A stretch of DNA of 64,000 nucleotides from assembly GCA_012271015.1 (NCBI GenBank), contig JAAXHD010000123.1:32138-96137 (forward strand). The letters are read 5' to 3'. This DNA comes from Candidatus Poribacteria bacterium. Lineage in GTDB: Bacteria > Poribacteria > WGA-4E > WGA-3G. The position numbers and the translations under genes were made by a program. Shown one piece after another: positions 57,853 through 64,000 of this stretch; position 1 is the stretch's first letter; each line of letters begins with the position of its first letter. Below the pieces are notes generated by a model. That model saw only the letters and a list, made by a program, of their open reading frames with translations, did no database searches and was not told where the DNA came from.

Positions 57853-58839
57853 TTACGGTGTTGGAATTATAGTATCGCGGACTTCGTTGACAATGGCATC
57901 GGGTTTTATGCCTTCGCCTTGTCCCTCGAAGTTAAGAAGGATGCGGTGACGGAGGGCAGGCAGTAACACGTCATCGATATCTGAAAAGGCAACGTTGTAA
58001 CGTTCATCGAGGAGGGCATTGATTTTGGCGGTGAGTGCTATCGCTTGGACGCTCCGAATCCCTGCACCGAGATGGACATAGCGTTTAACAATCTCCGGTG
58101 CGTCCTCAGAATTCGGATGTGTACCTCGGACAAGTCGGATGATGTGCCGTTCGACATGCTCAGCAATGATGACCTGTGGCACGAGTTGACGCATCTCGTT
58201 GAGCGTCTTGGCATCCGTCACCTTGCCGATAATGATCTCAGCACCGGATGTGGTGCGGTGCAGGATTTCGACAATCTCATCTTCACCCGGAAAGTCAATC
58301 AGGAGTTTGAATAGAAATCGGTCAAGTTGCGCCTCTGGAAGCGGATAGGTGCCTTCCATCTCCAACGGGTTTTGCGTGGCGAGTACACAAAAGGGTTCCT
58401 CTAATTTATGGCTGGTACGTCCAACGGTAACAGTCCGCTCTTGCATCGCCTCAAGGAGCGCGGATTGCGTGCGTGGCGTGGCGCGGTTAATCTCGTCAGC
58501 GAGGATGAGTTGAGAGAAAATGGGTCCCTGTTGAAATTCAAACTGTTTTCCGCCGTGTTCATCTTCAACGAGAAGTGTTGTGCCTGTGATGTCGGAGGGC
58601 ATCATGTCCGGCGTAAACTGGATGCGCTTGAAGGAGAGGTCGAGTGCCTCGCTGAGGGTATAAATGAGTTGCGTTTTGCCTAAGCCAGGGATGCCTTCAA
58701 GGAGGGCGTGCCCGTTGGCAAGTAAGCAGAAGAGTACACCTTCAATAATAGCGTCTTGACCGACAATGCGTTTCTGGACTTCGGCTTTGACATTGTAAAA
58801 GGTTTCACGGAACTGCTGGATTTGGGTTTCTAAGTTCAT
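57853..58839 (-). CDS. MoxR-family AAA+ ATPase
   Basis: Walker A GIPGLGKT, Walker B LLVDE..R, and the typical MoxR length (328 aa). Confidence 0.75.
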   Translation of the reverse strand: MNLETQIQQFRETFYNVKAEVQKRIVGQDAIIEGVLFCLLANGHALLEGIPGLGKTQLIYTLSEALDLSFKRIQFTPDMMPSDITGTTLLVEDEHGGKQFEFQQGPIFSQLILADEINRATPRTQSALLEAMQERTVTVGRTSHKLEEPFCVLATQNPLEMEGTYPLPEAQLDRFLFKLLIDFPGEDEIVEILHRTTSGAEIIIGKVTDAKTLNEMRQLVPQVIIAEHVERHIIRLVRGTHPNSEDAPEIVKRYVHLGAGIRSVQAIALTAKINALLDERYNVAFSDIDDVLLPALRHRILLNFEGQGEGIKPDAIVNEVRDTIIPTP

Positions 58840-58907
58840 GTCTTAGGTTGGTGGAATGGGCGGGTATGGGGACCCGCCCAAACGAGATGAAACGGGCAAG
58901 AGGTATT

Positions 58908-59957
58908 TTACCAGTTATCCCTGGTAACATAGAGAGAGCGGTTTTCCATGGGGAGCGTAATGTGCTTACCGCCGAGTCGATGCGACTCGATCATACCCAT
59001 AAGTGTCTCTTGGCTCCGACGCGCTAGGTGAACGGGTCCTTTGGTCTCTCGGTCTTCGTCGAGTGCCTCGGCGATGTCGGTAATCCCCATGACGGTGCCT
59101 GTCGCGCGGGATGTCTCTGGGAACGGCACTTCTTCAAAGAAGCTCCCGTCCTTTTTGCGGAATTGGATTTCTCTACTATTGTTTTGTATACGGATCTTGC
59201 CACCGGTGCCACAGACCTCATATTCGGGTCCAGTGCCAGCGGTGTTATAGCCGTGGACCCCGTTGGCATACCGGATGTAACCACAAGCAATACCCGGATC
59301 AACGTTGAGCCGGTTACCGTCCCAATCCGAATCTTTGCATATAATCGCGCCCACCACGAAATCTACCTCCGGGTCCCCCGCGAGGAAGAGGAGCATGTCT
59401 GCGGCGTGCGTCAAGCCCCAGAGGGCGGAACCGGCTCCGTATTGGGCGATAGAGCATTGGACATCGCCGATTTCGCCGGCATCCACGAGCTCACGCACTT
59501 TTCGATAGATCGGCATATAGCGGCGCTGCGTTCCGTAGTTGAACTTGACACCGTGCTTTTGAACGATGTCTACCATGATGTCTGCTTCTTCCATAGAGCA
59601 GCAGAGCGGTTTTTCACAATAGATACCTTTGACCCCATTTTCGGCGGCGAAGACAGTCATGTCGGCATGTGGTCCGGGACGCGTGGCGATACAGACGATG
59701 TCAGGTTTTTCCTTTTCGATCATCTCTTGGTAATCTGTATAGGCGCGCTCGGCTCCATAGCGTTGCCTGATGGTTTCGGCTTTTTCGGCAAAAACATCTG
59801 AGACTGCGACGAGGTCTGTCCGTTCACAGGCGACAGCGGCGGCTGCGTGTGAAAAGGGTTGCCAAATAAAACTATCGTCTCTGCCTTCGACTTCGTCGTC
59901 AATGGTCGCGCCCATCCGTCCGCATCCGATGAGACAGGCTTTGTATGTGCGTGGCAT
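58908..59957 (-). CDS. Gfo/Idh/MocA family oxidoreductase
   Basis: N-terminal CLIGCGRMG Rossmann motif and Gfo/Idh/MocA C-terminal alpha/beta domain. Confidence 0.7.
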   Translation of the reverse strand: MPRTYKACLIGCGRMGATIDDEVEGRDDSFIWQPFSHAAAAVACERTDLVAVSDVFAEKAETIRQRYGAERAYTDYQEMIEKEKPDIVCIATRPGPHADMTVFAAENGVKGIYCEKPLCCSMEEADIMVDIVQKHGVKFNYGTQRRYMPIYRKVRELVDAGEIGDVQCSIAQYGAGSALWGLTHAADMLLFLAGDPEVDFVVGAIICKDSDWDGNRLNVDPGIACGYIRYANGVHGYNTAGTGPEYEVCGTGGKIRIQNNSREIQFRKKDGSFFEEVPFPETSRATGTVMGITDIAEALDEDRETKGPVHLARRSQETLMGMIESHRLGGKHITLPMENRSLYVTRDNW

Positions 59958-60016
59958 AATTTTCTCCTTTGAGAGGCGTTAAGTTAGATAGATTCCAATA
60001 CCGGTATAGTTTTGAA

Positions 60017-60292
60017 TTACGGGGCATACACTTTCCCGCGCGTTCGGATTCCTCTGATGATGCATTTACGATGTTGCTTGTCTATCCTATAGATAATCCT
60101 ATAACGTCCAACACGATAACGATATAATCCGGCGTACCGCCCGTGCAATTTGGTTATATTAGGTCCAAATAACGGATTGTTCATTAAGATGTTAAGTGCA
60201 GTATTAACTCGCCGCTCCATATCAGCATCAAGCCTACCGTAATCAGCAATTGCCTCATTTGTGAATTGGACTTCAAACGTCTTGCTTAACAT
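60017..60292 (-). CDS. Type II toxin-antitoxin system RelE/ParE-family toxin
   Basis: C-terminal ..YRVGRYRIIYRIDKQHRKCIIRGIRTRG is typical of RelE/ParE toxins. Probable start MLSKTF. Confidence 0.6.
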   Translation of the reverse strand: MLSKTFEVQFTNEAIADYGRLDADMERRVNTALNILMNNPLFGPNITKLHGRYAGLYRYRVGRYRIIYRIDKQHRKCIIRGIRTRGKVYAP

Positions 60293-60503
60293 CAGCCCAA
60301 CTTTTGAGTCTGCCGGCCTTTTCATCGGCCTCCGCACGTTCTAAACTTTTCACAATCTCTGCGTTACTTGTCAGTTCGTGTGTTGCATTCCATGCTTCCT
60401 TATCGTAGAGATAGTTCATATAATCTATAGCAGCCTTGAGTTTTTTCTTTGGGAGTCGCTCTATTAACATCATAGCTTGTTTCTGCAGTTTTGAATTCTT
60501 CAT
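60273..60503 (-). CDS. Putative antitoxin partner of the RelE/ParE toxin
   Basis: 76-aa ORF (MKNSKLQKQAMMLIERLPKKKLKAAIDYMNYL...) with a GGAG SD. Overlaps the toxin start by about 20 nt. Confidence 0.45.
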   Translation of the reverse strand: MKNSKLQKQAMMLIERLPKKKLKAAIDYMNYLYDKEAWNATHELTSNAEIVKSLERAEADEKAGRLKSWADVKQDV

Positions 60504-60725
60504 TACAGAACTCCTTAAAGGATAATTTTCTCGAATTTTTGTTAATATGGTATCAGAAGTCTGAAGCGTTGTCAAGTTTGGGATGCGGTTGGGGGATTTA
60601 GTCTGGGAAGAGACTAAATCCGTAGCACCAGAACGGATGCGCGTGTGGCATCCGAGGACAACGTGTGGACTTGCGGGACAATGTATTACATTCCGCACCT
60701 ACCCTGATTGGGAAAAGTCTAAAAA

Positions 60726-62180
60726 TTACTCACCCGTGTAGAGTTTCCCGAAATAGGGTCGATACCCTGCAGGTCCAGGGAAACCGTTCCAGTAATGCGC
60801 ATCGGCAGGGAAAGCAGCCTCGCCGCCACTCCGAAGCCACGCCATGAGCGCGGGATCGGTGCCACGGCGTTCGATTTCATCAACAGCGGCGGCGTGCAGT
60901 TTCGCAACGATGTCGGGATGTTCATCGGCAACATCGTCTAATTCACCGAGTCGGACGAGGCTTGAATTTTCAGGTTTCGTGCCGACCTCTAAACTCCACT
61001 CACGATCAAAGATAGTGAAGAGGTTGAGATTCGGATTCTCTGTGCTATTCTCCCACCGCTCAATACTTCCACCAGAGAGTGCAAGCTGCCTTTCACCGGC
61101 TTCCCCGTTACGTGCTGGGGTTAAGATGTCGTGTCCTTCAATGCCGTCGGGACGTGCTTCCCCTAAGATATTGAGAATTGTCGGGAAGAAGTCCTGCGGT
61201 TGGACGATGACGTTACTTCTCCCTGTATCTCCTTCGGGAAGCCGAATAAAGAGCGGGACATGTGTCTCCTGCTGACGGACAGGTTGTCCCTTGCCGAACC
61301 TGCCGCGTTCACCGACATTTGTCCCGTGGTCAGCGGTGAAGATGACAGCGGTATTCTTGTCAAGCCCCGTGGATTCAAGTGCGTCAAGAAATTGTCCGAA
61401 GCAGTGGTCCATCCATGTCGTTTTCGCGGCGTATTGCGCTTTGATGTGCTGTTTCGCTTCATCTGAGAGCTTCGCATTACCCCTTGCGCCGAGACTGCGC
61501 GGATCAACGCGTCCATCGTAACCCGGGCGGGTATCGTATTTTTTCATGAACTCAAGCGGTGCATCCCAAGGTTCGTGGGGATCGAAGCAGTCTACCCAGA
61601 GGAAGAAATTGTCTCGCTTAGCATTGTCTTTGAGGAATTGCGCCGCGGTGTTGAAGAGTCTTGCGCAGTTCCAATCTTCAGGTTTTTTGCGGTTTCTGTT
61701 TGCGCGTGCGTAACTACGAAGCATCCCGGATTCAGCGGCTTTGTCATCGATACAATCGAAGAGAGGTTGATGGGTCCAGTTGTCGGGCCATACTACAGTA
61801 TCGGAAATCCAGTCTCTGTCTACTTCCGCACCGCGAACGAACGTCCATGCGTGGAAGGGCCAGTCGAAGTTATGCCCACCGTTGACGAGATGCGGTGTAT
61901 CGTGAATGAGCTGCGTCGCGTAGCCATTTTCTGCGAGTGTCCACGGCAAAGTTTGGCGTTCATGACGAAGCGGTTTCCACGGGTGGATGGGCGCGCCGTA
62001 TTGCCCAGTGATGACATCAGTCCGATAGGGGATAGTTGGGAAACTGGCGCAGAAAGCGTAGTCAAACGCCATGGCTTCGGAAGCAAACCGATCAATGTTG
62101 GGTGTTTCTATCCAGTCATTTCCGTTCGCGCCGATGTAGTCGTAGCGGAGTGTATCAATAACAATATAAGCGAGATTCAT
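60726..62180 (-). CDS. Sulfatase-like hydrolase (alkaline phosphatase superfamily)
   Basis: N-terminal ..IVIDTLRYDYIGANG.. and overall sulfatase-family pattern. The canonical C/S-x-P-x-R is not clearly identifiable (CASFPTIPYR). Confidence 0.5.
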   Translation of the reverse strand: MNLAYIVIDTLRYDYIGANGNDWIETPNIDRFASEAMAFDYAFCASFPTIPYRTDVITGQYGAPIHPWKPLRHERQTLPWTLAENGYATQLIHDTPHLVNGGHNFDWPFHAWTFVRGAEVDRDWISDTVVWPDNWTHQPLFDCIDDKAAESGMLRSYARANRNRKKPEDWNCARLFNTAAQFLKDNAKRDNFFLWVDCFDPHEPWDAPLEFMKKYDTRPGYDGRVDPRSLGARGNAKLSDEAKQHIKAQYAAKTTWMDHCFGQFLDALESTGLDKNTAVIFTADHGTNVGERGRFGKGQPVRQQETHVPLFIRLPEGDTGRSNVIVQPQDFFPTILNILGEARPDGIEGHDILTPARNGEAGERQLALSGGSIERWENSTENPNLNLFTIFDREWSLEVGTKPENSSLVRLGELDDVADEHPDIVAKLHAAAVDEIERRGTDPALMAWLRSGGEAAFPADAHYWNGFPGPAGYRPYFGKLYTGE

Positions 62181-62327
62181 TTTTTTAATTTTCCTTTTCT
62201 TGGCTTTCGGCTTTCAGGTCGCTGCGCTTTCGGCTATCAGTAGTGTCTATGGTAGTTGCTGAAGTTTTGTTCGCCGCAAATGCCTCTTGTCCGATTGCCG
62301 ATGGCTGACCCCCGATAGCCAACGACA

Positions 62328-63074
62328 TTACCACTTCGGAATTGCACCGAGTAAGAGCTGCTGTTGAGGTGTCCCCTCTTCTCGGAGTTTCGTGACTCGA
62401 GGACCGTCAAAGGGTTCGCGAGACTTCATCCACGCGTTCTGATAACACATGAGACAGACACGTCGACGTTGTGACGAAGTGTTAGCCGCGCCCCGATGCC
62501 ATGTCCATCCGTCAAACATAACCGCTTGTCCGGGGGAGACGAGCACGCGTTTTTCATCCGGCAATTCGACAGGTGTCGGTGGCGGACGGAAAGGGGCACG
62601 GTGGCTCCCGGGTTGGATAACCGTGGGACCGTTCTCGTCGGTGACTTCGTCGAGATAATAGCCGCAGTTAATCTGTGCCGGGAGACTCCCGTAAGGCGTT
62701 CCATTCGGCGCAACCGGCCACGGACCATCGCGATGCCAATGCTGATCAGGTGTTCCGGGTTCTGTAATGCGTGCGGTCGCGCTATGGAGTTGGACACAGG
62801 TGCCTAATACGGCTTCCATCCGCTTTAGAACGGGTGGGTTGTCCAACAGAAACGCGAACCGATCGTCTTCCTCAAGGAGTTCACCGATAAATTGGCTTTT
62901 GTCGTTGCGCTCGTAACTCTCATCGAGCGCTTCTCGCAGCGATTTAATCTGCTCCGGTGTTGCGGCGTTGTCAACGACGAGATACCCCCAATTGAGGAAA
63001 AAGTTAACCTCTTGTTGCAGTTGGTGATCCAGTTCGACGTTGAGTGTCGGTGGCACTACACTTGGATTTGCCAT
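62328..63074 (-). CDS. Phytanoyl-CoA dioxygenase (PhyH) family protein
   Basis: ..WGYLVVDNAATPEQI.., HWHRD and the downstream His are consistent with the 2-His-1-carboxylate triad. Confidence 0.6.
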   Translation of the reverse strand: MANPSVVPPTLNVELDHQLQQEVNFFLNWGYLVVDNAATPEQIKSLREALDESYERNDKSQFIGELLEEDDRFAFLLDNPPVLKRMEAVLGTCVQLHSATARITEPGTPDQHWHRDGPWPVAPNGTPYGSLPAQINCGYYLDEVTDENGPTVIQPGSHRAPFRPPPTPVELPDEKRVLVSPGQAVMFDGWTWHRGAANTSSQRRRVCLMCYQNAWMKSREPFDGPRVTKLREEGTPQQQLLLGAIPKW

Positions 63075-63076
63075 CG

Positions 63077-63901
63077 TTATGCCTCCTTAATTGCGTCGCG
63101 GTCGGCGGTTGCCCACTCTTCCCAGCGTTCTTCATCGGAACGGAGGAAACCGGAATTGCACCGGGGTTGAAGCTGCTCGTCCACACCGAGGAGTCGCATG
63201 TGTTGATGATTATTGGCGGCTTTCGCAGTCTCCAACAACTCTTGGGTATGTGGACCGGTGTGATGATCGGTGTGTTTTAGCCATGTGAGGTTATAATAGA
63301 TGCTAAAAAAATAACGTAAATTTCCAGAAGTGTTCGGGGTGCCGGAGTGGATCAGTCCGTTATGTGTGATGACAACATCACCGGCTCCCATGTGAACCAA
63401 TGTTTCGTCGGGATGCGGGACACTTCGTTGTGAATCTTCCAAGGTAATCGGTTTGCGATGCGAACCGACAATGACACGGAGGGGTCCGTATTCATCCGTT
63501 AAATCCTGTAGATAGGATATAGCGTTGATGGCGTTCGGGCGATGATAGGCATCAGTAAAAGGAACGTGTGCCCAGCGATCACGGTGCCACCCTGAGACTC
63601 TGCCTTCCGCTTTTTCCGCTTCCATGGATGGAAAGGCGGCAAGCGTGAGGTTATCTAATTGCACGAAGGGCCCCATCACTCTTTCTACAAATTCAAGGAT
63701 TGTTGGATGTGAGACAGCGGGCCACATCAGTTCAGGTGCCAATTCAAGCGTATTTCCGAACCATGTTTGACCGTCGTTGGCGGCAGAGAGTTCTTGATGT
63801 TTCTCTCGCCAATTTTGCATTTGCGGTTCGTCAAAGACTTTCTCAAAGATTGTGAAACCATCGGTTCTATAGGCTTCAAAGTGTTCGTCAAGCGTTGCCA
63901 T
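63077..63901 (-). CDS. Phytanoyl-CoA dioxygenase (PhyH) family protein
   Basis: ..YRTDGFTIFEKVFDEPQM.. and GWHRD. It is preceded immediately by the conserved leader element. Confidence 0.6.
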   Translation of the reverse strand: MATLDEHFEAYRTDGFTIFEKVFDEPQMQNWREKHQELSAANDGQTWFGNTLELAPELMWPAVSHPTILEFVERVMGPFVQLDNLTLAAFPSMEAEKAEGRVSGWHRDRWAHVPFTDAYHRPNAINAISYLQDLTDEYGPLRVIVGSHRKPITLEDSQRSVPHPDETLVHMGAGDVVITHNGLIHSGTPNTSGNLRYFFSIYYNLTWLKHTDHHTGPHTQELLETAKAANNHQHMRLLGVDEQLQPRCNSGFLRSDEERWEEWATADRDAIKEA

Positions 63902-64000
63902 CTTTTAATTATTCCTTGCGGTTCGGTCAGGCGGATTAGATATTCAACACGTTTCTCCGTAGACCTAAAGAAACACCCCGCTGAATGCCACACGCGCATT

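Overview
This 64-kb window is a gene-dense chromosomal segment with about 50% GC from an unidentified bacterium. The metabolic gene content (several phytanoyl-CoA-dioxygenase-family genes, sulfatase, Gfo/Idh/MocA oxidoreductases, xylose-isomerase-like TIM barrel, GT-C membrane glycosyltransferases) suggests a marine or sponge-associated heterotroph, possibly Planctomycetota or Poribacteria-like, but that is inference only.

Defence content:
- The 3' end of cas1, then cas2, then a 23-repeat CRISPR array (37-bp repeat ending ATTGAAAC) at 930..2622. A MITE-like inverted-repeat element sits at the distal end of the array.
- A Type III R-M operon at 14716..19701 (mod, a small DUF4351-like ORF, res).
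- A second, paralogous but enlarged Type III-like mod/res pair on the minus strand at 50831..57081.
- A RelE/ParE toxin-antitoxin pair at 60017..60503.

Housekeeping genes include def, a LarE-like PP-loop protein, dcd, glnA with a candidate sigma54 promoter, glnB, era, trpB, and a 1969-codon ORF that contains two complete UvrA units in tandem.

The most unusual feature is a recurrent, conserved sequence element. Its core reads CTGACCGAACCGCAAGGAATAATTAAAAAATG on the gene strand, and it is often paired with a second motif (ATYGTNGCCTGYAAC) about 45 nt upstream. It sits immediately upstream of the start codons of unrelated genes (uvrA, a PhyH gene, an epimerase, a sulfatase). It also occurs in frame inside coding sequence, where it would be translated as an xEPQGIIKK peptide. 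It appears to have fused two uvrA genes and to have been inserted into the inter-domain linker of the second UvrA unit. I do not recognise it as a described element.

Several other small repeat families were seen: GCCCCGCTGGGGCTTAG hairpins, GGTTAGGAAACC hairpins, a TATGCTACAAAGAT motif, and a 4x 111-bp tandem array in a 5' leader.
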